Shown here: one piece after another, positions 9,912-20,173 of the stretch
Numbering within the stretch: position 1 is the stretch's first letter
Layout of the letters: each line of letters opens with the position of its first letter
Source of the DNA: an uncultured Pseudomonadota bacterium
Lineage (GTDB): Bacteria; Pseudomonadota; Alphaproteobacteria; UBA9219
Direction: 5' to 3'
DNA length: 64,000 nt
Assembly: GCA_903920205.1 (NCBI GenBank)
Contig: CAIXLI010000063.1
Span: forward strand, 7,913-71,912
Program-made: the position numbers and the translations under genes
Notes under the pieces: model-generated
The model's database searches: none
What the model was told of the DNA's origin: nothing
The model's input: the letters and a program-made list of their open reading frames with translations, nothing else

Positions 9912-10298
9912 TTAGGAAAAGCTTGTTTTCGTCAGAGCTTCCGCTGGACGTCTGTTGTAGTTCGCGTTGCCGTTCATGCTAAGCCCCAACGTAAGACCAT
10001 AGCCATGACCCGCGTTGCTGTGTCCTGCTTCGGTTGCGGCAAGGCGGAAATAACGCATAACAAAAACGCGGATCGCCGCCGTCAGGGATGTATCTTCCAG
10101 TTTTTGCAGCGATACAGTCGTACATATTTGATGAATGTTAGCTCGTTCACGCAAACAGATTTCGCGTAAGCCATCCCACATTTCCGGCTCAAGCCGAATG
10201 CTGGTGCGGCGGCCGGAAACGACGACGTTTCGGCTGACTAAGGTGCTGCGCGTGTAGGCTTTATCTTCTCCAGGACTAAGCTTTTCAACATTAAACAT
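9912..10298 (-). CDS. ribbon-helix-helix domain protein (RHH_4-like)
   Basis: SRNVVVSGRRTSIRLEPEMWDGLREI...SLTAAIRVFVMRYFR pattern. Confidence 0.85.
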   Translation of the reverse strand: MFNVEKLSPGEDKAYTRSTLVSRNVVVSGRRTSIRLEPEMWDGLREICLRERANIHQICTTVSLQKLEDTSLTAAIRVFVMRYFRLAATEAGHSNAGHGYGLTLGLSMNGNANYNRRPAEALTKTSFS

Positions 10299-10413
10299 AT
10301 GAGAGGCCCCATGAAGTTACGCGGCGGTGCATACGGAACGAATGCACCCATAGGTTGCATGCAAACACACGCGCGCAACTAGATCAATAAGTATTTGGTT
10401 AATTATGTTGTTT

Positions 10414-10923
10414 TTATGTCTCGCTTGCGAAACGATCTTCAGCGATTTTATGCTGAATGGCGTCTAGCGCACCCTGCAGAATATAAGCCGCCGCCATTTT
10501 ATCGACCACGGCGTCGCGCCGTTTACGGCTCATATCGTCGGAAATCAAGAATCTTTCGACGGCTGCTGTCGAAAGTCTTTCGTCCCAGAACACAACGGGA
10601 AGATCGGGATCAGGCAAAACATTCTTTTGCGATAAATTGCGGATAAAAGCGCGCGCTGCCTGCGCTGTCGCGCCCTCGGTGCCGTCCATATTTTTAGGCA
10701 AACCGACAACAAATCCGCCGATTTCCCTGTCTCGAAGCAGGGCCACAAGCGCTGCTGCGTCGAGGGGAAATTTTTTACGTGTGATAGCGCCTATCGGTGA
10801 AGCAATGCGTAAATTGGGGTCGGACACGGCGACGCCTATAACCTTGCTGCCGTAATCGAGCCCCAGCAGGCATTGGTTTTTGTGCAAAAGCGCGGGAATT
10901 TCTGACAGGTTGCGAATGATCAT
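10414..10923 (-). CDS. ruvX: RuvX/YqgF pre-16S rRNA nuclease
   Basis: LGLDYGSKVIGVAVSD, VVGLPKNMDG, WDERLST and VDKMAAAYILQGALD motifs; divergent from gatC. Confidence 0.95.
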   Translation of the reverse strand: MIIRNLSEIPALLHKNQCLLGLDYGSKVIGVAVSDPNLRIASPIGAITRKKFPLDAAALVALLRDREIGGFVVGLPKNMDGTEGATAQAARAFIRNLSQKNVLPDPDLPVVFWDERLSTAAVERFLISDDMSRKRRDAVVDKMAAAYILQGALDAIQHKIAEDRFASET

Positions 10924-11097
10924 GTTGGATGATAGTGATAGACACGTTTTCTTGAAAACCTAAAAATTCTTCGCCGCAAGGTACAGAGAACTAAAGTCGA
11001 TCAACCCGCTGCAGCCAAGAGATATTGAGAGTTTTCGCGTTGACGTAGTATAAAGTGTTTCCACTCTTTCAGCAAAGCAAAGTTCCGAAAGAAGCCT

Positions 11098-11385
11098 ATG
11101 ACCATAGATCAAAAAATCGTCGCTAAAATCGCCCATCTCGCGCGCTTGAAAATTCCTGCTGAAGAGCAAATCCATGTCGCGGGGGAATTGAACAATATCC
11201 TGAACTGGGTCGAGCAATTGAACGAAGTCGATGTCTCCGGCGTCGAGCCTTTGGCCAGCGTCAACGATACCTCGCTGCGTGCTCGCGCCGATGTGGTGAA
11301 TGACGGGGATAGATCTGAAGACATTCTTGCCAACGCACCTGCCAGTACCGCTGATTTCTTTACCGTTCCGAAAGTTGTCGAATAA
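11098..11385 (+). CDS. gatC: Asp/Glu-tRNA amidotransferase subunit C
   Basis: IAHLARL, ILANAP and FFTVPKVVE motifs. Confidence 0.95.
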   Translation: MTIDQKIVAKIAHLARLKIPAEEQIHVAGELNNILNWVEQLNEVDVSGVEPLASVNDTSLRARADVVNDGDRSEDILANAPASTADFFTVPKVVE

Positions 11386-12866
11386 TGACCAAGCTTACCG
11401 ATCTGACGATTACCGAGGCTCTGCACGGATTGAACGATAAAAAGTTCAGCGCAGCAGAATTGACAGAAGCGCATATCTCCGCTGTGGAAAAAGCACGGGG
11501 ATTGAACATATTCATCACCGAAACACCGGATGGCGCGCGCCGCCAAGCGCAAGAATCCGATGCGCGGCGCGCAAGCGGCAAGGCGGGCGCATTAGACGGC
11601 ATTCCTCTGGCAATCAAGGATTTGTATTGCACTAAAGGCGTGCGCACGACAGCCGCCAGCAAAATTCTTGGCAATTTCGTGCCGACTTATGAATCAACCG
11701 TCTCGCAAAAACTCTTCGATGCGGGAAGCGTGATGTTGGGCAAGGTCAATCTGGACGAATTCGCCATGGGTTCCGGCGGCGTGACCAGCGCGTTCAATCC
11801 CACCATCAGCCCGTGGTCAGGCAGCGATCCGGCCAATGCCGCACGCAAGCTTGTGCCCGGCGGGTCGAGCAGCGGTTCGGCGGCTTCGGTCGCGGCGCGG
11901 ATTGCTATGGGCGCGACGGGAACGGATACGGGCGGTTCGATCCGCCAGCCTGCCTCGGTTACTGGCATTGTCGGGATCAAGCCGACTTATGGGCGTTGTT
12001 CGCGCTGGGGCATTATCGCTTTCGCTTCGTCGCTTGATCAGGCTGGGCCTATGACGCGCGATGTGGCGGATGCCGCTTTGATGTTGCGCGTGATGGCGGG
12101 GTTTGACGAAAAAGATTCGACCTCTGTCGATGTGCCTGTGCCCGATTATGTTGCGGCGTTGGGCAAGTCGATCAAGGGGTTGAAAGTTGGCCTGCCACGC
12201 GAATACCGCATCGACGGGATTAATCCTGAAGTGGACGCCCTGTGGCACAAAAGCGCCGAGATGCTGCGCGAGGCAGGAGCGGAAGTGGTCGATATTAGCC
12301 TGCCGCATACCAAATACGCTTTGCCTGTTTATTATATCATCGCGCCTGCCGAAGCTTCATCGAATCTGGCGCGGTATGACGGCGTGCGTTTTGGCTTGCG
12401 TGTCGCAGGAGAAAATCTGGACGATATGTATGCCTCGACCCGCTTCGCGGGGTTTGGCAAAGAAGTACGGCGCCGGATTTTGATCGGCACTTATGTGTTG
12501 TCTGCCGGATACTACGATGCCTATTACCGCAAGGCTCAGCGCGTGCGGCGTTTGATCCGCAACGACTTTGTCGAAGCGTTTAAGAAGTGCGATGTCATTC
12601 TGACTCCCGCTTCCCCGGGGACGGCCTTTGCGATTGGCGAAAAGCAAGATGATCCGTTGCAGATGTATCTGGAAGACGTTTTTACGGTCACGCTGAATCT
12701 GGCGGGCTTGCCTGGTATCTGCCTTCCAGTAGGACTGGCGCAGAATGGTTTGCCCATGGGCATGCAGTTGATCGGTCGCGCTTTCGACGAAGAAACACTT
12801 TTCACGGCAGCTTCGGCCCTTGAAAAAGCGGCAAAGTTTACTCACAAACCTCCTTTTACGGCATAA
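11385..12866 (+). CDS. gatA: Asp/Glu-tRNA amidotransferase subunit A
   Basis: Amidase signature [10 protein letters not shown] and [23 protein letters not shown]. Confidence 0.97.
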   Translation: MTKLTDLTITEALHGLNDKKFSAAELTEAHISAVEKARGLNIFITETPDGARRQAQESDARRASGKAGALDGIPLAIKDLYCTKGVRTTAASKILGNFVPTYESTVSQKLFDAGSVMLGKVNLDEFAMGSGGVTSAFNPTISPWSGSDPANAARKLVPGGSSSGSAASVAARIAMGATGTDTGGSIRQPASVTGIVGIKPTYGRCSRWGIIAFASSLDQAGPMTRDVADAALMLRVMAGFDEKDSTSVDVPVPDYVAALGKSIKGLKVGLPREYRIDGINPEVDALWHKSAEMLREAGAEVVDISLPHTKYALPVYYIIAPAEASSNLARYDGVRFGLRVAGENLDDMYASTRFAGFGKEVRRRILIGTYVLSAGYYDAYYRKAQRVRRLIRNDFVEAFKKCDVILTPASPGTAFAIGEKQDDPLQMYLEDVFTVTLNLAGLPGICLPVGLAQNGLPMGMQLIGRAFDEETLFTAASALEKAAKFTHKPPFTA

Positions 12867-12870
12867 GACA

Positions 12871-14322
12871 ATGAGCATTATTCAAGGCACGACCGGCGAA
12901 TGGGAAATGGTGATTGGGCTGGAAGTCCATGCGCAGGTCATTTCCCATTCCAAACTTTTTTCGGGCGCTTCCGCTGTTTTCGGAGCTGCGCCCAACGCGC
13001 AAGTCAGTTTGGTCGACGCGGCTTTTCCGGGCATGCTGCCCGTCATCAACGAAAAATGCGTCGAACAAGCGGTGCGTACGGGGTTGGGGCTTAAGGCGCA
13101 GATCAATCTGACCTCCGTCTTTGATCGCAAGAATTATTTCTACGCCGATTTGCCTGCGGGCTATCAGATCAGCCAGTTCACGCAGCCGATTGTCGGCAAG
13201 GGCGAGATTTTGCTCGATCTGGCGGATGGCTCCTCGCGCACGGTCGGCATTACGCGTCTGCATCTGGAACAAGATGCGGGTAAAAGCATGCATGACCAAA
13301 GCCCGAACGAAACGTTTGTGGATTTGAATCGCTCTGGCGTTGCTTTAATGGAAATCGTTTCCGAACCCGATATGCGGTCGGGGGAAGAAGCGGGCGCGTA
13401 TCTTAAGAAACTTCGCGCCATTTTGCGTTACTTGGGCACTTGCGACGGGAATATGGAAGAAGGCTCCATGCGTTGCGATGTGAATTTGTCAATGCGCCGC
13501 GTGGGCGATCCTGTGCTGGGCACGCGTTGCGAGATCAAGAACGTCAATTCGATCCGTTTTGTGCAACAGGCCATCGAATACGAATCTGTGCGTCAGGTCG
13601 AAGTTTTGGAATCCGGCGGCAAGATCGTGCAGGAAACGCGGCTGTGGGATACCAGCAAAGGCATCACGCGCAGCATGCGGTCGAAAGAAGACGCGCATGA
13701 TTACCGCTATTTCCCCGACCCCGATTTGTTGCCGCTTGTCCTCGACCCCGCTTTTGTGGAAAGCATCAAGGCGACATTGCCGGAATTGCCGGACGAAAAG
13801 AAGGCGCGGTTTATTAGCGATTACGGCTTGAAGCCTTATGACGCTTCGGTGTTGGTTGCGGAAAAACCATCGGCGGATTACTTTGAAAAAGTTGCCAAGG
13901 GTCGTGACGGCAAGCTTGCCGCGAATTGGGTGACGGTCGAATTATTCGGCGCGTTGAACAAACTGGGCAAGACGGTCGAAAACAGCCCCGTTTCCGCCGA
14001 GGCTTTGGGCGAATTGGTCGGACTTATCAGCGATCAAACCATCTCAGGTCGTATTGCCAAGGAAGTGTTTGAAGAAATGCTGGAATCCGGCAAAGCCGCT
14101 GCGCAGATTGTCGAAGAAAAAGGGTTGAAGCAGGTAACGGATACCGTGGCTATTGAACAGGCCATTGACGCTATTCTCGCCGCCAATGCTGATAAAGTCG
14201 CCGAATACAAATCCGGCAAGGATAAGCTGTTTGGCTTCTTCGTCGGGCAGGTGATGAAAACAACAGGCGGCAAGGCCAATCCGGCGATGTTGAATGAGTT
14301 GTTGAAGAAGAAGTTGGCGTAA
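12871..14322 (+). CDS. gatB: Asp/Glu-tRNA amidotransferase subunit B
   Basis: [29 protein letters not shown] and [10 protein letters not shown] motifs. Confidence 0.98.
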   Translation: MSIIQGTTGEWEMVIGLEVHAQVISHSKLFSGASAVFGAAPNAQVSLVDAAFPGMLPVINEKCVEQAVRTGLGLKAQINLTSVFDRKNYFYADLPAGYQISQFTQPIVGKGEILLDLADGSSRTVGITRLHLEQDAGKSMHDQSPNETFVDLNRSGVALMEIVSEPDMRSGEEAGAYLKKLRAILRYLGTCDGNMEEGSMRCDVNLSMRRVGDPVLGTRCEIKNVNSIRFVQQAIEYESVRQVEVLESGGKIVQETRLWDTSKGITRSMRSKEDAHDYRYFPDPDLLPLVLDPAFVESIKATLPELPDEKKARFISDYGLKPYDASVLVAEKPSADYFEKVAKGRDGKLAANWVTVELFGALNKLGKTVENSPVSAEALGELVGLISDQTISGRIAKEVFEEMLESGKAAAQIVEEKGLKQVTDTVAIEQAIDAILAANADKVAEYKSGKDKLFGFFVGQVMKTTGGKANPAMLNELLKKKLA

Positions 14323-14350
14323 TTTGTTAGGGCGCCCCAACAAACAAGAG

Positions 14351-14496
14351 CGTCATACCGGCGAAAGCCGGTATCCAGATTGAAAACTTTTTCTTCAACG
14401 GCGATAGGGTGGGCCTCTCGTAATGGGAGGAATCTAAATAACGTCACCTTTGGGATATAGATTTCAATCTGGATACCGGCTTTCGCCGGTATGACG
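14351..14496. repeat. REP/RPE-like palindromic element: 35-bp perfect inverted repeat with a 76-bp spacer
   Basis: CGTCATACCGGCGAAAGCCGGTATCCAGATTGAAA (14351-14385) and its exact reverse complement (14462-14496); reads as the VIPAKAGIQ/WIPAFAGMT-type repeat. Confidence 0.85.
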
Positions 14497-14519
14497 ATAA
14501 ACGGAAAGTGTGGGGCTTT

Positions 14520-15491
14520 ATGGCGACATCTGAGAAATCGAGGGCTTCTGAATTCGACATGCCCGACATCAAGCTCTCGGTGCGGGATGTTTTTGAGATT
14601 GAATGCGATTGGCAGGTTCCGGCTTTTTCGCAAGCTTCGGAGCATGTGCCGGAAATCGACAAGGCGTATCGCTTTGATCCTGACACGACGTTGGCGATCT
14701 TGGCGGGGTTCGCCTTTAATCGGCGGGTTTTGCTTCAGGGGTATCATGGCACGGGGAAATCGACGCATATCGAACAGGTCGCGGCGCGGCTCAACTGGCC
14801 TTGCATTCGCGTCAATCTGGACAGTCATATCAGCCGCATCGATTTGATCGGCAAAGACGCCATCGTTTTGAAAGACGGCAAGCAGATTACGGAATATCAC
14901 GAGGGCATGTTGCCTTGGGCGTTGCAACGCGCTTGCGCTTTGGTGTTCGATGAATATGACGCAGGCCGCCCCGATGTGATGTTTGTTATCCAGCGCGTAT
15001 TGGAAGTCGAAGGGAAGCTGACTCTGCTCGATCAAAACCGCGTTATTCAGCCGCATGCCGGATTCCGGCTGTTCGCTACCGCTAATACTATCGGCCTTGG
15101 GGACACCACGGGGCTTTATCACGGAACACACGCGCTCAATCAGGGGCAGCTTGATCGGTGGAATATCGTGGCGACGCTGAATTATCTTCCCGCCGAGGAA
15201 GAAGAGGCGATTGTCGCCGCCAAGGTTCCGTCCTTCGCCGTGTCCGATAAAAAGGAGGCGCTACGCGGTATGGTCGCGCTTGCCAATCTCACGCGGCAAA
15301 GCTTTATGCAAGGCGATATTTCCACAGTCATGTCGCCGCGTACGGTGATTACATGGGCAGAAAACACGGAAATTTTCGGCGATCTTGCGGCGGCTTTCCG
15401 GCTCAGCTTCCTCAATAAATGCGATGAATCCGAACGCGCTGCCGTGGGTGAACTTTATCAACGCTGTATGGGGGCGGAAGTGTCGGCATGA
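14520..15491 (+). CDS. cobS: CobS-family AAA+ ATPase (cobaltochelatase subunit)
   Basis: GYHGTGKSTHIEQVAARLNWP, FDEYDAGRPDVMFVIQRVLE and MSPRTVITWAEN motifs. Confidence 0.93.
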   Translation: MATSEKSRASEFDMPDIKLSVRDVFEIECDWQVPAFSQASEHVPEIDKAYRFDPDTTLAILAGFAFNRRVLLQGYHGTGKSTHIEQVAARLNWPCIRVNLDSHISRIDLIGKDAIVLKDGKQITEYHEGMLPWALQRACALVFDEYDAGRPDVMFVIQRVLEVEGKLTLLDQNRVIQPHAGFRLFATANTIGLGDTTGLYHGTHALNQGQLDRWNIVATLNYLPAEEEEAIVAAKVPSFAVSDKKEALRGMVALANLTRQSFMQGDISTVMSPRTVITWAENTEIFGDLAAAFRLSFLNKCDESERAAVGELYQRCMGAEVSA

Positions 15492-16120
15492 AGTCTGCGA
15501 ATGTCGATGAGTTTTTCCGTCGTCTTGCCGCCGCTGATCCTGCGCCGAAAACAGAGCTGAATTATCTTAACGCCTACACGCTTCTGGTCGCCGTGGTTTT
15601 GTCGGCGCAGGCGACGGATGTCGGCGTGAACAAAGCTACAACTGCTTTATTCAAGAAAGTCAAAACGCCACAAGCGATGGTGATGTTGGGCGAGGAGGGG
15701 CTTAAAAGCTACGTTAAAACAATCGGCTTGTTTAACGCTAAGGCTAAAAACATCGTCGCGCTATCGCATATTCTTGTGGAGAAATTCAGCGGCAAAGTTC
15801 CGTCCACGCGTGAGGAGTTGCAAAGCCTTCCGGGTGTGGGGCGCAAGACGGCGAATGTTGTTTTGAATGTGGTTTTTGGTCAACCGACTTTGGCGGTTGA
15901 TACCCATGTCTTCCGCGTCGCCAATCGCACAGGGTTGGCGCAGGGGAAAACGCCGGAACAAATTGAAGAAAAACTTTTGCGCGTTATTCCAAAAAAATAT
16001 ATGCGTCACGCGCATCATTGGTTGATCTTGCATGGACGGTATGTTTGCAAGGCACGGGTTCCTCTTTGTCCCGAATGCCCTGTGCGCGATTTATGTTCGT
16101 ATCGGAGCAAGACGCGTTAA
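15488..16120 (+). CDS. nth: endonuclease III
   Basis: LSAQATDVGVN, HhH motif LPGVGRKTANVV, VDTH and the C-x6-C-x2-C-x5-C Fe-S motif. Confidence 0.96.
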   Translation: MKSANVDEFFRRLAAADPAPKTELNYLNAYTLLVAVVLSAQATDVGVNKATTALFKKVKTPQAMVMLGEEGLKSYVKTIGLFNAKAKNIVALSHILVEKFSGKVPSTREELQSLPGVGRKTANVVLNVVFGQPTLAVDTHVFRVANRTGLAQGKTPEQIEEKLLRVIPKKYMRHAHHWLILHGRYVCKARVPLCPECPVRDLCSYRSKTR

Positions 16121-17286
16121 ACAATCGCGCCGTTTTCAACTTGAAACATTTGCGCGTGAGGTGCGAGATGCGCAAAAGATTCGCGGTCGGTGCCGGTAAA
16201 CCACGCTTGTGCGCCAAGGGCGCGGATTTCGTCGAACAAAGAGGCGCGGCGAAAATCGTCCAGATGCGCCGCGATATCGTCCAGCAAAAACAAAGGCGTC
16301 ACGCGCCTTTGTTCCGTTAGAAGCCGCACATAGGCCAGCATTAAGGCGATAAGCAACGATTTTTGTTCGCCCGTCGAGCAAAGATCGGCGGGGCAATTTT
16401 TGGCGCGGTGAACGACGCGCAAGTCGCTGCGATGCGCGCCTGTGGCGCAGGTGCCGTGGGCGGCGTCTGAACTGCGGCAGCGGGCAAAGGCTTCGCGCAA
16501 CGCGTCTTCGACCAGTAAAGCGGGTTTGTCTTTCAGCATATCTTCCGCCGCGCCGCGCACTTCGATCTCGGCACGGGGGAAAACATCGCCGCCTTCGGCA
16601 ATCGCGCTGCGCAAACGTTCGATCATATGACGCCGTGCGGCGGCAATCGCCACGGCGGTTTGCGCCATTTCGTTTTCTAACGCTGACAACCAGACGGAAT
16701 CGATTCCGCCTTCGCGCAACAAACGCAATCTTTCGCGCATCGCTTTTTCATAACGCTGCACGCGGCCTCCATGCGCGGGGTCAAAGCTGTAGACAAGGCG
16801 ATCAAGGAATTTGCGGCGCGTCGATGCCCCTTCCGCAAGCAAGCGATCCATATCGGGCGTAATCCACGCCATGGCGATATGCTCGGCTAAGATATTTTGG
16901 CTTCGAGCCGGTTTGCCGTCGATATGCACTAAACGGCGTTCGCTTTCCGTTTCCTCGGCGGCAGGATCGCGGCCTGTGCCGATGCGCAAAGCGCCGACTT
17001 CCGTGCGCAACTCAATGGCCACCGCCCAAGGTTCCGTCGTCGTGCGATTTTGCAAATCGGACAAGGCGCTGCGGCGCAAGCCTCGTCCGGGCACCAAAAG
17101 GCTGATCGCTTCCACAAGATTGGTTTTACCGCTGCCATTCGTGCCAGTCAGAACAACGGGCGCTCCGCCGACTTGTAAACGCAGGGCATCGTAATTGCGA
17201 AAATGCGCCAGCGTGATCTGAGAGATGGAAAGGGATTCCCCCAAGACGGAATCCTGGAAACTACGGACGGCGCTAGCCTCCGGCAT
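16117..17286 (-). CDS. recF: DNA replication/repair protein RecF
   Basis: FRNY, GTNGSGKTNLVEAISLL, STGEQK and LLDDIAAHLD motifs. Confidence 0.95.
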   Translation of the reverse strand: MPEASAVRSFQDSVLGESLSISQITLAHFRNYDALRLQVGGAPVVLTGTNGSGKTNLVEAISLLVPGRGLRRSALSDLQNRTTTEPWAVAIELRTEVGALRIGTGRDPAAEETESERRLVHIDGKPARSQNILAEHIAMAWITPDMDRLLAEGASTRRKFLDRLVYSFDPAHGGRVQRYEKAMRERLRLLREGGIDSVWLSALENEMAQTAVAIAAARRHMIERLRSAIAEGGDVFPRAEIEVRGAAEDMLKDKPALLVEDALREAFARCRSSDAAHGTCATGAHRSDLRVVHRAKNCPADLCSTGEQKSLLIALMLAYVRLLTEQRRVTPLFLLDDIAAHLDDFRRASLFDEIRALGAQAWFTGTDRESFAHLAPHAQMFQVENGAIV

Positions 17287-17728
17287 AATTGATCATTCCC
17301 GTCCAGAAGCGTTCCAGCTTGCGTAGAACCTCGCTGGCTTGGGTCAGCTCTTCGGGCGCAATTTTGGCATTGCCTAAAGCAGCCGCCTGACGTTCAAGGC
17401 TTTCGCCGATGCTTTTGTGCAAAGCCAAGCCCTTGGGCGACAATTTGATCCGCACCGAACGGCGATCATGCGGCGAGCGCTCCTGCATCAAATACTGGTT
17501 TTCGACCATTTTCTTGACGTTATAAGAAACGTTCGAACCCAGATAATAACCCCGTGCGGTCAATTCGCCGACCGTCATTTCGTCGGTGCCGATATTGTGA
17601 AGGATCAGCGCCTGAATGTTGTTGATATCCTGAATGCCAGCGCGGTCGAGGTCGGTTTTGACGACTTCGAGAAAGTGGCGGTGGACTCGTTCGACCAATT
17701 GAACGGCTTCGTAATAGGCGTGGCGCAC
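17273..17728 (-). CDS. ldtR: MarR-family regulator, LdtR-like
   Basis: ERVHRHFLEVVK, DINNIQALIL and GYYLGSNVSYNVKK; probable GTG start at 17728. Confidence 0.85.
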   Translation of the reverse strand: MRHAYYEAVQLVERVHRHFLEVVKTDLDRAGIQDINNIQALILHNIGTDEMTVGELTARGYYLGSNVSYNVKKMVENQYLMQERSPHDRRSVRIKLSPKGLALHKSIGESLERQAAALGNAKIAPEELTQASEVLRKLERFWTGMINYAGG

Positions 17729-17882
17729 GGCAAATCCCCTCAACGGGAGTGAATGACAACTGATTGTCGCATGTTCAAGATGCGGATACTACCCATTAGT
17801 AGTGAAAAAACGTTAAAAATCAACCCATAGTCGGCGACATGAAAAGAACGCGATTTCTTGGCCATATTTCGAGGTTAACGCC

Positions 17883-18425
17883 TTATCTTATTCTAAAAAC
17901 AAGCGCCAGCCGTGAAAAGCTGGTCTTGCCGCAGGCCGTTTCGGCGGCGGAATCCGCGCCTATGGCAGGGGGCGGATAAATGGCGGACCATGATGTATCT
18001 ATGTCCGACTGGGCGTCTGCCGAAAGAAGACCCAGTTCAGCGGGCTGCCTGCCCAGAAAATATTGAGCGAGCCGACGGCAATCCTGGGAAGGAAGGTAGC
18101 TTTCAATACGCATCGCCATATTGGCAATAGCGATCGTGCGTATGTCTCCTCCCCAAGGGTTTGTGCGGGCGAGGGGCGGCGGCGTTTGCCCCAGCCGCGT
18201 CATATCGGCTAAAATGTCTTCGCCGGAATTGAAAATAAGCGTTCTTTGTTGTCCGGCAAACGAGCGCACAGAATCGACAAGTCCTAAAAGCTGGGAGGTT
18301 GCTCTGACAAAGCGCAAATTCTCAACGACCGCTCCGGCGGACACGGCAAAGGCCCCCAGAATGATAAGTACAACGGGGATACCAATGAAGATGTGAAGAT
18401 GTGATCTGTTTTTGAGTGCAGCCAT
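17883..18425 (-). CDS. pilin-like protein (type IVb PilS-like), atypical leader
   Basis: N-terminal hydrophobic helix, then an amphipathic helix, an NPWGG motif and two C-terminal cysteines; no canonical G|FxxxE cleavage site. Confidence 0.55.
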   Translation of the reverse strand: MAALKNRSHLHIFIGIPVVLIILGAFAVSAGAVVENLRFVRATSQLLGLVDSVRSFAGQQRTLIFNSGEDILADMTRLGQTPPPLARTNPWGGDIRTIAIANMAMRIESYLPSQDCRRLAQYFLGRQPAELGLLSADAQSDIDTSWSAIYPPPAIGADSAAETACGKTSFSRLALVFRIR

Positions 18426-18460
18426 GACACGAAAAGGTAATTACGTGTATACTCCGCCAA

Positions 18461-18551
18461 CTTGAAAACCCGAGACAATTCCAGACCGCGTCATAGTGAT
18501 AGGCTTAGGTTATTGCAGCGCGGCGGCGAAAAATTGTTTCGGGTTTTCAAG
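18461..18551. repeat. 20-bp inverted repeat (1 mismatch) enclosing 51 bp
   Basis: CTTGAAAACCCGAGACAATT ... AATTGTTTCGGGTTTTCAAG, with an inner CCGCG/CGCGG pair. Confidence 0.75.
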
Positions 18552-18706
18552 CAGACGAACTATATGAATTTACACAATACTATCAAGGAGTCCATAAGGA
18601 AGGGCGCAAAAGATTGCCGTCGCGGAACAAAGGGTTCTCTTGCGACAATCCTGCACCCTCCGATGGATGTATAAAAAACTGCATTGCACTCTGAAAGTTC
18701 CCTCTT

Positions 18707-19534
18707 ATGCCCGACCTGTCTTATCTGCCCCCTTTGCGCGACGTTATCGCCCGTTATGATTTGCGGACGCGTAAATCATTAGGGCAGCATTTTTTGTGTG
18801 ATTTGAACCTGACACGCTGCATTGCCGAAGCTGCGGGCGATTTATCGGGCTGCGCTGTTTTCGAAATCGGCTCGGGGCCCGGGGGGTTGACCCGCGCTTT
18901 GGTGGAATCGAGCGCTGCTCGCGTCATTGCGGTAGAAAAAGATCCGCGCTGTGTCGCGGCGCTGGAAGACCTCGTCGTGGCGTCGCAGGGAAAACTCCAG
19001 ATTATCGCGGGGGATGCCATAAAAACAGATCTGGCGTCTTTGGCCTCTGCCCCCCGCGCGATTGTTGCTAATCTGCCTTATAATATTGGTACGGAATTGC
19101 TGCTGGGCTGGCTCAGGGAAATCAATGCCTATCAAAGCCTGACCTTGATGTTCCAATCCGAAGTCGTCGACCGTCTTTGTGCTGTTCCGGGCAGCAAGGC
19201 CTATGGGCGTTTGTCGATTATCGCGCAATTTTGCTGCACCGTGCAGCGCGTTCTGGATGTTCCTGCCGCCGCTTTCACCCCGCCGCCCAAAGTCGATTCC
19301 GCCGTCGCGCATCTAACTCCGCGCCCCGACCGTCCCAAGGATGTCGATTTTGCTGTCATGGAAAAAGTCACCGCCTTTGCCTTTGGGCAACGCCGCAAAA
19401 TGCTGCGTTCGAGCCTGAAGCCGTTGGGGGGGGAAGAATTATTGCTTCGTGCTGGTATTGACCCGACCCTACGCGCCGAAACCCTGTCGCTTACGCAGTT
19501 TGAAACGCTGGCGCGGCTTGTATCGCATCCCTGA
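18707..19534 (+). CDS. rsmA: 16S rRNA dimethyladenosine transferase RsmA/KsgA
   Basis: KSLGQHFL, EIGSGPGGLT, VANLPYNI, FTPPPKVDS and FGQRRKMLR motifs. Confidence 0.97.
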   Translation: MPDLSYLPPLRDVIARYDLRTRKSLGQHFLCDLNLTRCIAEAAGDLSGCAVFEIGSGPGGLTRALVESSAARVIAVEKDPRCVAALEDLVVASQGKLQIIAGDAIKTDLASLASAPRAIVANLPYNIGTELLLGWLREINAYQSLTLMFQSEVVDRLCAVPGSKAYGRLSIIAQFCCTVQRVLDVPAAAFTPPPKVDSAVAHLTPRPDRPKDVDFAVMEKVTAFAFGQRRKMLRSSLKPLGGEELLLRAGIDPTLRAETLSLTQFETLARLVSHP

Positions 19535-20048
19535 TCTGTCTGGCGTTGTGGAATACGGGGCGGTCGTCGCAGGTGACGATGATATCGGCCTCGGCATACA
19601 CGGGTTCGCGTTCGGACAGAATTTTCGCCAGTTTTTCCTGCGGGTCGCCGCCGCGCAGCATCGGGCGGGTGTCGCGGCGCAAGACGCGTTCTAAAAGAAT
19701 GTTCCGATCAACGTTGATCCATACGGAAAAAGCCTCTTTTTTAATGCGTTCGCGCGTCTGATCGTCCATAAACGCCCCGCCACCCAGAGACAAGACGCAC
19801 GCGCCGCTTGTCAAAAGACGGGCGATAACCAGGCGTTCCATGCGGCGGAATTCGGGCTCGCCATAATCGGCGAAGATCTGCGCGACACTGCACCGCGCCG
19901 CCGCTTCAATTTCCGTGTCGGAATCAAAAAACGGCACCGCGAAAAGTTCCGCCAAGGCGCGTCCCACGCTGGTTTTCCCCGCTCCCATCATGCCGATCAG
20001 AACGACGGGGCGCGTTAAAGAAAAATTTTCGGAAATTGACTTGTTCAT
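19491..20048 (-). CDS. aroK: shikimate kinase
   Basis: LIGMMGAGKTSVG, DSDTEIE, GEPEFRRME, SLGGGA and RPML motifs. Confidence 0.95.
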   Translation of the reverse strand: MNKSISENFSLTRPVVLIGMMGAGKTSVGRALAELFAVPFFDSDTEIEAAARCSVAQIFADYGEPEFRRMERLVIARLLTSGACVLSLGGGAFMDDQTRERIKKEAFSVWINVDRNILLERVLRRDTRPMLRGGDPQEKLAKILSEREPVYAEADIIVTCDDRPVFHNARQIRDAIQAAPAFQTA

Positions 20049-20173
20049 GCCATAATTCGCTGTCAAAACTAATACATCGACGGTTTGCGGCGTTGATGCT
20101 TTAAACCGGTGATATCCGTGGCCTCTGCCAACGCATACCCTTAACTATATCCTAGAGAAGCAGGAGTCGAATA

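Noticed and set aside
14034..15131. 365-aa minus-strand ORF
   Set aside because: Antisense shadow of gatB and cobS; its VIPAKAGIQ segment is just the palindromic repeat translated.
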